Sequence record: QB031382.1
Reading direction: 5' to 3' (one strand)
From: a phage
DNA length: 64,000 nt
Shown here: positions 40,828-48,958 of the stretch, piece by piece
Position numbering within the stretch: position 1 is the stretch's first letter
Layout: every line of letters starts with the position of its first letter
The notes under the pieces: generated by a model
Seen by the model: the letters and a program-made list of their open reading frames with translations, nothing else
What the model was told of the DNA's origin: nothing
Databases searched by the model: none
Position numbers and translations under genes: made by a program

Positions 40828-41155
40828 AAATAACATTGTGGCTTCGTGCAGTGATGCACGTCGAAAACCTCTTTAATTGACGGGAAGGCTAAGTTGACTT
40901 TTACACCTAAACATGGTAAAAGCTCAATATGCTAATCCGCAGCGAAGCATCCGAGAGGATGAACGTTCAGAGACTATCGAAAGCATAGCTCCAACATAGT
41001 TTGGTGTGAAGAAGCGAGTAGAGTAGGCCAGCAAGTGCGGTCGAAATGAGAGGTGCCTTGGTAACAAGGCAGTGAGATAGTCCGATCCATACGGGAAACT
41101 GTATGGCTATGCACGTAATGGTGCGGGGTAGCTTAACGACCTACCTGAACTATTG
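40828..41155 (+). ncRNA. group I self-splicing intron (no internal ORF)
   Basis: Conserved P/Q/R/S elements in order: AATTGACGGGAAG (40875), AATCCGCAGC (40934), GTTCAGAGACTA (40965), GAGATAGTCC (41074); exon ends in U (40827) that can pair with GTGG guide at 40838; intron ends in G (41155); splicing gives YYH-DEYQLQV. Confidence 0.8.
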
Positions 41156-41509
41156 GATGAGTACCAACTTCAAGTACCTGACACACCGAAGTATAAGACT
41201 GTGTACACCTTCGACACAATCGAAGAACTGGAAGCATTTAAGGCAGAGCAGGAGGCCAAACTTCATGTGTTCGACGGTCATAAGTACAAAAAGGCACGCA
41301 AGGATGAGGACGGAAACGAAGTGGTTGACAAGGACGGAAATACGGTATACGATCCTATCTTGAACGATGACGGAAAGCTTGAACTTATCTGGAGCCCTGT
41401 GGGCGAAATGGTGGTGCATTGCTTCTGGCAAGCTTCTAAAATGATGGGCGTTCCGTTCCAGATCACAGGTGAATACTTGTGTGGTCGTAATTGGGGTGAT
41501 TGTCACTAA
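41156..41509 (+). CDS. DNA polymerase family A, exon 2 (motif C HDE and C-terminus)
   Basis: Starts GAT GAG (D-E of HDE); ends GRNWGDCH, comparable to T7 gp5 C-terminus GPNWAICH. Confidence 0.75.
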   Translation, partial: DEYQLQVPDTPKYKTVYTFDTIEELEAFKAEQEAKLHVFDGHKYKKARKDEDGNEVVDKDGNTVYDPILNDDGKLELIWSPVGEMVVHCFWQASKMMGVPFQITGEYLCGRNWGDCH

Positions 41510-41558
41510 TGTAAACTATCAACACATGGAAGTGTTGTTGAGCAAAGAGGAGACTTTT

Positions 41559-41843
41559 ATGGTAGTAGAACCAACAAAAACATTTACATCCATGACTATC
41601 CCTGTTATTATGCAGGTGGAGTGTGTTCAGGTATCTCAAGTGTGGCCAGGCACTAAAATCCCAACAGGGCCTGATTTCTTTCAGGTTGGCAAAGTGTACA
41701 ATGTCTGGAAGGCACCAGATTGTTACCCTTTCATCAAAGATGACCGTGGAATGCTGTGGTATCTTGGAAATGATTTGACACTGCACCTTGGGAATGCTAT
41801 TATTGCAGTATTCAGACTTAACAAGAAGGAGACTGATCAATGA
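41559..41843 (+). CDS. small protein, KDDxG paralog family member
   Basis: Start at ATG with RBS AGGAGA; motif GKVYNVWKAPDCYPFIKDDRGMLWYL. Confidence 0.4.
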   Translation: MVVEPTKTFTSMTIPVIMQVECVQVSQVWPGTKIPTGPDFFQVGKVYNVWKAPDCYPFIKDDRGMLWYLGNDLTLHLGNAIIAVFRLNKKETDQ

Positions 41844-42067
41844 CGACTTTGGTTAAAGCTACCTTTGTAGAAGAAAAGATGACAGACCTGTCATTCTTTA
41901 AAGAAGGAAAGACCTACGAGGTTTATTACGATAAAGCTCGTGCAAACAAGATGATTAAAGACGAGGAAGGGATTGCTTGGTTTATCTCCCATCTGGCAAA
42001 CGGTGAGTATCATATCTACGGAACCACCCTGCTTGCCAAGTTTGTAGCTGTTGAAGAGGACCTATGA
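41840..42067 (+). CDS. small protein, KDDxG paralog family member
   Basis: 75 aa; GKTYEVYYDKARANKMIKDEEGIAWFI. Confidence 0.4.
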   Translation: MTTLVKATFVEEKMTDLSFFKEGKTYEVYYDKARANKMIKDEEGIAWFISHLANGEYHIYGTTLLAKFVAVEEDL

Positions 42068-42258
42068 AAGTAAAGTATCTGGCTGAGGGTATGAGTAGGT
42101 ATTTCACCCTTGGTGAAGAATATTGGCCCTTTACGGAAAATGGAGATGTATACGTGAAGGATGACCAAGGTGTGCCGTGGTTTCTGCACCATAATGGGTT
42201 GGGGTATTCCATCTACTGCGGTGCAGTGAACAACACAACCCTTGCAGAGTTTGTCTAG
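42064..42258 (+). CDS. small protein, KDDxG paralog family member
   Basis: 64 aa; GEEYWPFTENGDVYVKDDQGVPWFL. Confidence 0.4.
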   Translation: MKVKYLAEGMSRYFTLGEEYWPFTENGDVYVKDDQGVPWFLHHNGLGYSIYCGAVNNTTLAEFV

Positions 42259-42268
42259 AGGAGGCAGA

Positions 42269-42640
42269 ATGTTAGTAAAAGGTACCCACACAGTAAAGCA
42301 ACGTATTGAAGTTGAGATCGATGATTGTGAGCTGAAGCATATTTTGCGGTCATGCTCCAACGTTTTGCTCCTTAGTATTCTCCAGGAGCGAGCGGAGAAC
42401 GAGTTCTTAAATGCACTGGCAGGCCGTCCTGGGGACTTCTGTGTGCGTAAGCGTGAAGATCATAAGTCATGGTTGTGGGAAATCGATGCCGACTGGGATT
42501 ACCACAAAAATGAGGGCATAGATGAGCCTATTCGTGAATTGACAGATAAAGAGATTCAGATGTACAATGAAGTTTGTCATTGGGCAAAACGCCAACAAAT
42601 TTACCTCGACCCTGTGTGGATGATTGAAAATAGCCATTGA
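42269..42640 (+). CDS. hypothetical protein
   Basis: ATG after RBS AGGAGG; about 123 aa. Confidence 0.4.
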   Translation: MLVKGTHTVKQRIEVEIDDCELKHILRSCSNVLLLSILQERAENEFLNALAGRPGDFCVRKREDHKSWLWEIDADWDYHKNEGIDEPIRELTDKEIQMYNEVCHWAKRQQIYLDPVWMIENSH

Positions 42641-42665
42641 CAAGAAGTAAGATTGGATATAAGAT
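42637..42665 (+). promoter_or_regulatory. sigma70-like promoter
   Basis: -35 TTGACA overlapping upstream stop, 17-bp spacer, -10 TAAGAT. Confidence 0.45.
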
Positions 42666-42716
42666 GCTTCACACAAACAGAGAGTTGATTTTTAAATAAT
42701 TGAGGAGACTGCCAAG

Positions 42717-42971
42717 ATGAAAATTACTTTGAAGCCAGAATGCGTTGCAAATGACCGAGCTTTTAAAGATTGCACAGTCGGTGCAATTTATGAAGCAGAG
42801 TTTTGTGAGAACCCTCTGGTAAAAGCCCTTCTGGAAGAAGGGGCCCCTTTATCACAAGAAGAGATTGATGAGCTGGAAAACTCAGCACAGTGCCTTACCT
42901 TTAAAGATGACGAAGGAGACTCTGTCTGGTGCACTGTTAATGAAGTAGTTTTTGTAAAACCTGAACATTAA
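42717..42971 (+). CDS. small protein, paralog of 43035-43307
   Basis: 84 aa; shares RAFKDCT and KDDEGD...CT motifs with next gene. Confidence 0.45.
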   Translation: MKITLKPECVANDRAFKDCTVGAIYEAEFCENPLVKALLEEGAPLSQEEIDELENSAQCLTFKDDEGDSVWCTVNEVVFVKPEH

Positions 42972-42974
42972 TAC

Positions 42975-43003
42975 TTGACAACAGTGATGTGGCCTAATAT
43001 AAT
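42975..43003 (+). promoter_or_regulatory. sigma70 consensus promoter
   Basis: -35 TTGACA, 17-bp spacer, -10 TATAAT; the ORF-track TTG start at 42975 is this -35 hexamer. Confidence 0.55.
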
Positions 43004-43034
43004 GGCCCTATCGAAACGGAAGGGGATCACAGCA

Positions 43035-43307
43035 ATGACCAAACAATATCAACGAATTAAAGCCAAGGTTAAGCCAGACTACTTGGAGAAGGACTCTGCT
43101 TTTCGGGACTGCACCGCAGACAAAGTTTACACAGGGGCCGTCCTGTTGAACGACGAATTTGAAGTGGATGTGCTGGGTAAAGAGGCTACTATCAAGGACG
43201 ACCAGGGAGATTATGTTTGCTGCACCACACGCGAGCTAGAAATCTTAGAATACTTCGGTGAAATCTTCACCTCTCTTGATGATTACTTAGATGATGAGGC
43301 AGAGTGA
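43035..43307 (+). CDS. small protein, paralog of 42717-42971
   Basis: ATG after RBS AAGGGG; motifs SAFRDCT and KDDQGDYVCCT. Confidence 0.45.
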   Translation: MTKQYQRIKAKVKPDYLEKDSAFRDCTADKVYTGAVLLNDEFEVDVLGKEATIKDDQGDYVCCTTRELEILEYFGEIFTSLDDYLDDEAE

Positions 43308-43708
43308 TGAAAAACATTTGGGATATCAATATCTTTGAAGCCTCTGAGCTTGACGGTGCCGATGGGGTTATTATAGTTTCTGATGGAAAGGCAACACTGA
43401 CCTCTGGACTGACCTATGAGGACACTACCTACGCATTGGGCGATCTTGCCTTGTTGAAATCAACAGGCGACTCTCTGGAAGAACGTCTGCAAGGATTTGC
43501 CTTTAAAGAAGGCACAAACACCACACTGATGTGCACTACACGCACTGTTCAGTTGGGCAACGGGGTATATATGGTCATTGCAGTGTGCCCCAAATTCAGC
43601 AACATTAATAAAGATGATGCTGACGCTGTCAACGACGTGGTTGTCCTATTCGTGGGTGACGCTATGGCAGATCTGATGAATGCAGGAGAAGCAGCAAATG
43701 AAGACTGA
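43304..43708 (+). CDS. hypothetical protein
   Basis: 134 aa. Confidence 0.4.
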   Translation: MMKNIWDINIFEASELDGADGVIIVSDGKATLTSGLTYEDTTYALGDLALLKSTGDSLEERLQGFAFKEGTNTTLMCTTRTVQLGNGVYMVIAVCPKFSNINKDDADAVNDVVVLFVGDAMADLMNAGEAANED

Positions 43709-44000
43709 AAACATTACACCAGAAGGATTCCTGAAAGTATACCGTGAACTATTGTATACCACAGAGGATAGTGTTCTAGAGTACCCAGAATATCTTTTGC
43801 TGTATAAGTATCTGCAGGAAGCTGGTGAAAATCTTCCAATTAGCGCAGAAGGTGGTCCAAACTGGGTCTACAGTGCATGGAGAAAGGTTGACATTCTCCC
43901 AGATCCCGGTAAAGATATGGTAGTTTGGCAGCTTATCAACAACATCGGGATTCCAATCTTTGATGAAGCTGTTAAAATCTATTTTGAACTTGACGATTAA
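43698..44000 (+). CDS. hypothetical protein
   Basis: ATG after RBS GGAGAAG. Confidence 0.4.
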   Translation: MKTENITPEGFLKVYRELLYTTEDSVLEYPEYLLLYKYLQEAGENLPISAEGGPNWVYSAWRKVDILPDPGKDMVVWQLINNIGIPIFDEAVKIYFELDD

Positions 44001-44017
44001 TATCAGGAGACCTTAAG

Positions 44018-44263
44018 ATGGCTGAAGTAGTTGCTCGTGCAGGACAGAAAGTGCGTTGTGTTGAAGTGGGTTTTGGTGGCAAAGGGTGTCAAAACTTGAC
44101 TCAAGGTAAGGAATACACTGTTGTTTCTGGCGGTGGTGACGAAAGTATTGTGTTCGATGACCATATTCTGGATGTTGAAAACTTTGAAATAATTGATGAT
44201 GATGGTGATCCGATCACCTGCCTGCTGAACGGGAGTTGGGGTACTTTCGAAGTAATTGGCTAA
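44018..44263 (+). CDS. small protein, distant KDDxG-family-like
   Basis: 81 aa; QGKEYTVVSGGGDESIVFDDHIL. Confidence 0.35.
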   Translation: MAEVVARAGQKVRCVEVGFGGKGCQNLTQGKEYTVVSGGGDESIVFDDHILDVENFEIIDDDGDPITCLLNGSWGTFEVIG

Positions 44264-44345
44264 CAAATATCTGTTGTAATTTACAGAAGGAGATGCTAAA
44301 ATGGTGTCTCCTTTATGTTGTTCAAATAAAATCGGAGATTCCATA

Positions 44346-44711
44346 ATGGAACAAATGAACGATCAAGCGTCGGTTGCGATGAACGAGCAAGAACAACCTC
44401 AAGAATTTTTCTTAGGGTTAAGCAAAGATCAGGTGTCTCTCCTGCTAGTGCTCTCTTCTTTCATGGGGAGACTTCAGGAGCTCACACAACAACCAGAGGC
44501 TGAACAATTATTTCAGGCTCTGCGCGAAGAAGAAAAATATCGTCGTTTGGATTATGCCTTAGGTTGGGTAGCTCAGCAACGAGATATGCTAATGGCCCTT
44601 TCTGGGACGACAAGTTTTGCAATGGGCCTGTTGGCTCAAGTGCAGGACAAATTAATTCAAGCAGGGTTTGCACACACAGCAAACACCAACGAAGAACAAG
44701 GAGACAAATAA
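44346..44711 (+). CDS. hypothetical protein
   Basis: ATG after RBS GGAGA; Gln/Glu-rich. Confidence 0.4.
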   Translation: MEQMNDQASVAMNEQEQPQEFFLGLSKDQVSLLLVLSSFMGRLQELTQQPEAEQLFQALREEEKYRRLDYALGWVAQQRDMLMALSGTTSFAMGLLAQVQDKLIQAGFAHTANTNEEQGDK

Positions 44712-45937
44712 TGAGCGTTATTCAACAATTTGCCAACCCGATGAATCCGCGTGAAACTGTTTTACTGGCTCACGGCATGATTAAACGTGTCAGCATCAAA
44801 CCTATCAAAGGTGCTGATCCTACAACAGGTATTAAAACCACTGTGTGGCAAGGTAAGAAAATCGAGTCCAGTCACACCATCTCTTTACTGATTTCTGAAC
44901 TGGATTCTTCTGATAACCTACTTCAAGGTGGTGAAGAAGTTTGGATCAGTATGGGTGATAAATTGCTCAAACCTGGTCATCAAGATTCCGTCTCTGTTAA
45001 AATTGATGACAAGTGGGAAACAGTAACGCCAGGATGGATCGTAAATATCCCTTTAAAGGCAAATGAGCATAACGGTAAGACCTACTACAAAGGCTCATTG
45101 GCTAAAATGGTTAAGCTGGGGGCAGGAGAGGCTCCAGCAGCTCCACAGCAACAAAAACAGCAACAAGGCACACAATCACAAGGCCAGAAGCAGAAACCTC
45201 AGCAGAATGCCAATCAGGACGTTTTACGCATCTATGGTGATGTGACTCAGATTGTTGGTAACGTGGTTACTGTCAATGACCACAAGATTGGCGAAGGTGC
45301 TATGGTTGTCTCCGATGAGCAGCTTAAAGACCTGGTGGTTGGCGGTCGTGTTGCAGCTATTGTTGACAAAGACACCGGGAATATTATCAGCGGCTTCAAG
45401 GCCTACCCGCCTAAAGCAGAGAACGGTACACAAGGTTCTGGTGGTAAGCGTAAATCCTCTTACGACCCCATTGGTGTAGAGACAGGGCACAGTATCAATG
45501 CGTTGCAGATCATTCTGGATCGCGGGTTTAAGATTGACAGCCCTTTAGATGTGGCTAAAACATTGCACGTGGTCACCATCGAGCTTAAGAAAGAGTACGC
45601 TCAAGCCACCAACCGGACTGAAGATGAAGTAGGTGCCAGTGTTGGTAACGCGGTATTGAATGCTTGTCGCCGTATTGACAAGAAAACGAAAGTTGATGAT
45701 TTTGCAGCAGCAATTACTGCAGAGGCAAAAGATGTCTTGACTAATCTTGCTGAACCGTTGTACGATTGGATCAAGAATGGTGCGGGGACTACTGAGCATC
45801 AAGAACCTCAAGCTGCCAAACAGGAAGCCACTCCACAGCAAAACACTGTAGATGCCCCTCCTGTAGATGATGACGGAGATGACCCGATGGATCAGAATCC
45901 GGCACAATACGCCTTTGATGATGACATTCCTTTTTAA
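44711..45937 (+). CDS. SSB-like protein with acidic C-terminal DDDIPF tip
   Basis: Start ATG after RBS AAGGAGA; terminal ...AFDDDIPF matches the bacterial SSB C-terminal tip; Gln-rich linker; N-terminal body not a clear canonical OB fold by eye. Confidence 0.5.
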   Translation: MSVIQQFANPMNPRETVLLAHGMIKRVSIKPIKGADPTTGIKTTVWQGKKIESSHTISLLISELDSSDNLLQGGEEVWISMGDKLLKPGHQDSVSVKIDDKWETVTPGWIVNIPLKANEHNGKTYYKGSLAKMVKLGAGEAPAAPQQQKQQQGTQSQGQKQKPQQNANQDVLRIYGDVTQIVGNVVTVNDHKIGEGAMVVSDEQLKDLVVGGRVAAIVDKDTGNIISGFKAYPPKAENGTQGSGGKRKSSYDPIGVETGHSINALQIILDRGFKIDSPLDVAKTLHVVTIELKKEYAQATNRTEDEVGASVGNAVLNACRRIDKKTKVDDFAAAITAEAKDVLTNLAEPLYDWIKNGAGTTEHQEPQAAKQEATPQQNTVDAPPVDDDGDDPMDQNPAQYAFDDDIPF

Positions 45938-45951
45938 CATCTAGTTAACAT

Positions 45952-45980
45952 AGCCCTGCCCGAAAGGGTGGGGCATTTTT
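45952..45980 (+). terminator. rho-independent terminator
   Basis: Stem CCCTGCCC-GAAA-GGGTGGGG then CATTTTTG; duplicate of 35467 element. Confidence 0.55.
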
Positions 45981-45999
45981 GTATAAGGAGATCTGAAAA

Positions 46000-46416
46000 A
46001 TGACATTAGAAGATATCATTGTTAAACCTGAGAACTATGACCAATACAATCTATCAACTCAATCTGTGGACCTTGGATGCGCCACTGCCAGTGCGTGGCT
46101 GGTTAACGGAAAAGAGCTGGATAAATGCTTAGAAGCTCACATGTCTATTAACAAGTTTCTGGATGAAAATACTCACTGGCTTGAGGGTGCAGGCGTATAT
46201 GCTTCATGGTTGGAGAGTATGGGATTCGACTACCAATCTGAAGAGGGGTGGTGGAGCTATTTAGCTATCTGTCCAGAGACGCTACAATGCTTCATGAAAT
46301 ATTCTGAAGATTTGGAGTACCGGGCGATGGTTGATAGTGCTATTGCCCGTTATAGCCGTAAACCTTTTTCCCACGACATTAAAACTGTGGAAGAATTTGT
46401 TGAAGTTTTCTGTTGA
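46000..46416 (+). CDS. hypothetical protein
   Basis: 138 aa, RBS AAGGAGA. Confidence 0.4.
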   Translation: MTLEDIIVKPENYDQYNLSTQSVDLGCATASAWLVNGKELDKCLEAHMSINKFLDENTHWLEGAGVYASWLESMGFDYQSEEGWWSYLAICPETLQCFMKYSEDLEYRAMVDSAIARYSRKPFSHDIKTVEEFVEVFC

Positions 46417-46441
46417 CACAGATTGAAAGGTGTGCAATTAT
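46413..46441 (+). promoter_or_regulatory. sigma70-like promoter
   Basis: -35 TTGACA overlapping stop codon, about 17-bp spacer, -10 AATTAT/TATAAC. Confidence 0.35.
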
Positions 46442-46512
46442 AACTTCATAGAACGGGAGGACGTGATGAACGAAGAAAACTGGGATGTATAACTAACAGG
46501 AGGCCACTGCCC

Positions 46513-46710
46513 ATGATTTATCGAATCCGTGTAAGAGAAGATGCACCAGGCTGTTACTTTGACTGGCGTGGGTGGTGGTTTCTCCACCCGATGGATGGAC
46601 TCACAGATAGAATGCTGGATGCTGCCCTTTATACAGATACCGACATAGAATATAATCTCTATCTGAAGGACGGTATAGATAACGGTCTATTTGAAGCAAT
46701 TCCTGTGTAA
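46513..46710 (+). CDS. hypothetical protein
   Basis: 65 aa, RBS AGGAGG. Confidence 0.35.
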   Translation: MIYRIRVREDAPGCYFDWRGWWFLHPMDGLTDRMLDAALYTDTDIEYNLYLKDGIDNGLFEAIPV

Positions 46711-46778
46711 GAGGATGTGATAGCCATGTTTTATGATCTTCCTATAGCGCCACCACCTGTTGAACCCGGAGAACTAAG

Positions 46779-47204
46779 ATGACCTATGAAATGCCAAAAC
46801 TGATTCGTGACGATGCCCAAAACGCTCACACCATTATTATGGGCAAACGCATGGATATTATTTGTCATAAAGATTTCTGGGAAGGAAGTTACTTCACAGA
46901 GTATTTTGGTAAACTGGACAATGGTCTGCTGATCCAGTTCTACACCGATGCGGAAAACAACATTCACTGGGAGTTCGAAACTGAAGATATCCATAAACTT
47001 TTCACCTTCCTCGGTATTAAGGTTGAGGCCAAGTTTGAAGAAGGTGAGTGCGACGATTGTGGATTCTACGAGGTAACAGATTTCTATCTTCCGAGTGGTG
47101 AGAACCTTTACTATGAAAGCCACTTCGGTAACTCCAATATGCCACAGTGCTGGACTGAGTTTTTTGAAATTGTGGAAGAGGAGTTGGCATATCGTGATTA
47201 TTGA
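46779..47204 (+). CDS. hypothetical protein
   Basis: 141 aa. Confidence 0.4.
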   Translation: MTYEMPKLIRDDAQNAHTIIMGKRMDIICHKDFWEGSYFTEYFGKLDNGLLIQFYTDAENNIHWEFETEDIHKLFTFLGIKVEAKFEEGECDDCGFYEVTDFYLPSGENLYYESHFGNSNMPQCWTEFFEIVEEELAYRDY

Positions 47205-47652
47205 TACTGTAGAGGGAGATTTAATCTCCCTTTTTAAGAGTGGTGCTGGTCACCTGATCCACGGTTGTAACTGCTTCCACACAATGGGCAAGGGTGTAGC
47301 AAAACAGATTGCCCGTGAGTTCCCTCAAGCATTGGCAGCTGACAAAACGACTACCTACGGTTGCCTAAGTAAGCTAGGTGCGTTCTCTCGGTGGGAGCAC
47401 TTATCTCCGAAAGGTATTGTCTACGGAATCAATCTATACACTCAGTTCTACCCAGGGCCTAATGCTGAATATTTCTCAATTCTGAAAGGCTTTGAACGAG
47501 TCAATGAGATATTCAAGGGATCTACTTTACCATTCTACATCCCTAAGATTGGGTGCGGCATAGGCGGCTTGAAATGGGGACACGTAGAGGACGTTATTAA
47601 CCTTGCCACTTTTGATATAGATATTATCGTGGTGGAGTACAAAGAGTGTTGA
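47194..47652 (+). CDS. macro-domain protein (ADP-ribose binding/processing)
   Basis: GTG start after RBS GGAG; motifs IHGCNCFHTMGKGVAKQI and IGCGIGGLKWG match macro-domain signatures. Confidence 0.55.
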   Translation: MIIDTVEGDLISLFKSGAGHLIHGCNCFHTMGKGVAKQIAREFPQALAADKTTTYGCLSKLGAFSRWEHLSPKGIVYGINLYTQFYPGPNAEYFSILKGFERVNEIFKGSTLPFYIPKIGCGIGGLKWGHVEDVINLATFDIDIIVVEYKEC

Positions 47653-47677
47653 CAGCCGGATTTTAAGGTGGTATAGT
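47649..47677 (+). promoter_or_regulatory. sigma70-like promoter
   Basis: -35 TTGACA, 17-bp spacer, -10 TATAGT. Confidence 0.45.
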
Positions 47678-47705
47678 CACCACAACGATTAAGACAGGGG
47701 GCACT

Positions 47706-47906
47706 ATGGAGACTAAAATCTTAATTCTAGCTGTGATAGATACAACAGAAGGGGCTATATTTGAATCTGCAGGAGGGTATTTCTACCTGCCCTATGGAAA
47801 AAGAACTTCCGAGCCGAGTAAAGATTCAATCCTCAAAGTGTTCCCGTGTTCTTTCTGGCTGGAGATTCTGGTAGAGGATTGCAAAGGATTGGAGAGACAA
47901 TTATGA
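47706..47906 (+). CDS. hypothetical protein
   Basis: 66 aa. Confidence 0.35.
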   Translation: METKILILAVIDTTEGAIFESAGGYFYLPYGKRTSEPSKDSILKVFPCSFWLEILVEDCKGLERQL

Positions 47907-48097
47907 GAAACAAGAAAGAGCTTTACTCTGGTGAGTGGATCAACGATCAACAGATCGGAGAGGTAACCTGCTTCCGATGTTTTACCAGGTACAATATTAA
48001 AACTGCACCAAAAAGTGTTCCAAAGACTGACGGTTATTACATAAAAGAACCTCATTGCCCAAAATGTAAATGCCGATTGTACTGGAGCAATCTGTAA
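47903..48097 (+). CDS. small zinc-ribbon protein
   Basis: ATG after RBS GGAGAGA, ATGA overlap; CFRCF ... CPKCKC. Confidence 0.4.
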   Translation: MRNKKELYSGEWINDQQIGEVTCFRCFTRYNIKTAPKSVPKTDGYYIKEPHCPKCKCRLYWSNL

Positions 48098-48101
48098 GAG
48101 G

Positions 48102-48129
48102 TTGACATCTGAAAACTGCAGTGTATAAT
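48102..48129 (+). promoter_or_regulatory. sigma70 consensus promoter
   Basis: -35 TTGACA, 16-bp spacer, -10 TATAAT. Confidence 0.5.
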
Positions 48130-48160
48130 ATACTCATAAACTAACAGAGAGCGATGTATT

Positions 48161-48352
48161 ATGGTAATTTTTAACCGGGATGGTATCATAGTTAGACAGC
48201 ACCCGTTCCTTGAATACTATCAAATTGAGCAATGGTGCTACGGGGATTGCAGTCACTCCTATGGGCAAAGTTGGGGATATCGCACAGTTTTTGAATCAAC
48301 AGACCTTGACAAAGTAAGACAGAAAGTTTTAGAACTTATTAACAACAAGTGA
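48161..48352 (+). CDS. hypothetical protein
   Basis: 63 aa. Confidence 0.4.
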   Translation: MVIFNRDGIIVRQHPFLEYYQIEQWCYGDCSHSYGQSWGYRTVFESTDLDKVRQKVLELINNK

Positions 48353-48359
48353 GTATGAT

Positions 48360-48692
48360 ATGGTAACATTAGAAAGACGTAAAGCTATTGCCGCTACACT
48401 GGCAGACATCTTTTGGGATTGTAATTTAAAAGATACCCGATATTGCGGCGCATCTGTAGATGTATTATTCCCACGGCCCACCATTGTTGCAATGGGCAGT
48501 CTACTGGGCGTAGTTGCAGGTGCATGGGATAAGGAAGGCGGTTTTTATATCTGGCAACCTGACTACGGTACCTGGAAAGAAGTAAGGGGTGCTGATGACT
48601 TTGGGCCTGCAGTTGCTAAGATGGATGGCTGGGAAATTTATGTTGGAAACGACATGAAGCTGAAAGGCGAGATTGTTTACTGGTTACCTTAA
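48360..48692 (+). CDS. hypothetical protein
   Basis: 110 aa. Confidence 0.4.
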   Translation: MVTLERRKAIAATLADIFWDCNLKDTRYCGASVDVLFPRPTIVAMGSLLGVVAGAWDKEGGFYIWQPDYGTWKEVRGADDFGPAVAKMDGWEIYVGNDMKLKGEIVYWLP

Positions 48693-48712
48693 GAAAGTGC
48701 AGGAGATAAAGT

Positions 48713-48958
48713 ATGAACAAAGGGTGGACATTCGTAGACGGCGTTGAAAACATGCCTCTCGGAAAGTATATCGTAGCCATGGCTGACAAGAATGGCAATG
48801 TAGATTTCGGAGCTTGCGAGGTTGTTCTTGCAGGATCTGGTGGCTATGTGCACAAAACTGGGGTAATTAATGGTCAGTTCTACTTTGATCACAACCCTGT
48901 TGTAGCGTATATGGCTATGCCAGAGTTCAAGCTACCAAAGGAAGGTGCTGATGTTTAA
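48713..48958 (+). CDS. hypothetical protein
   Basis: 81 aa, RBS AGGAGA. Confidence 0.4.
   Translation: MNKGWTFVDGVENMPLGKYIVAMADKNGNVDFGACEVVLAGSGGYVHKTGVINGQFYFDHNPVVAYMAMPEFKLPKEGADV

Noticed and set aside
40840-41150. tRNA or other small RNA gene in the gap after the polymerase ORF
   Set aside because: The sequence is fully explained by the group I intron core; no tRNA cloverleaf or T-loop consensus was seen here or elsewhere by eye, though tRNAs cannot be excluded without tRNAscan.
41103-41509. ORF-track entries 41103-41363 and 41153-41509 as independent genes
   Set aside because: The first lies inside the group I intron. The second is exon 2 of the DNA polymerase, read from a TTG that is really the last intron bases plus the GAT GAG of motif C.
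42975-43034. TTG start at 42975 for the 110-aa ORF
   Set aside because: That TTG is the TTGACA -35 hexamer of a consensus promoter; the gene more plausibly starts at ATG 43035 after an RBS.
44564-44710. N-terminal 49-aa extension of the SSB-like ORF
   Set aside because: It overlaps the preceding gene in another frame; an RBS (AAGGAGA) sits directly before the ATG at 44711.
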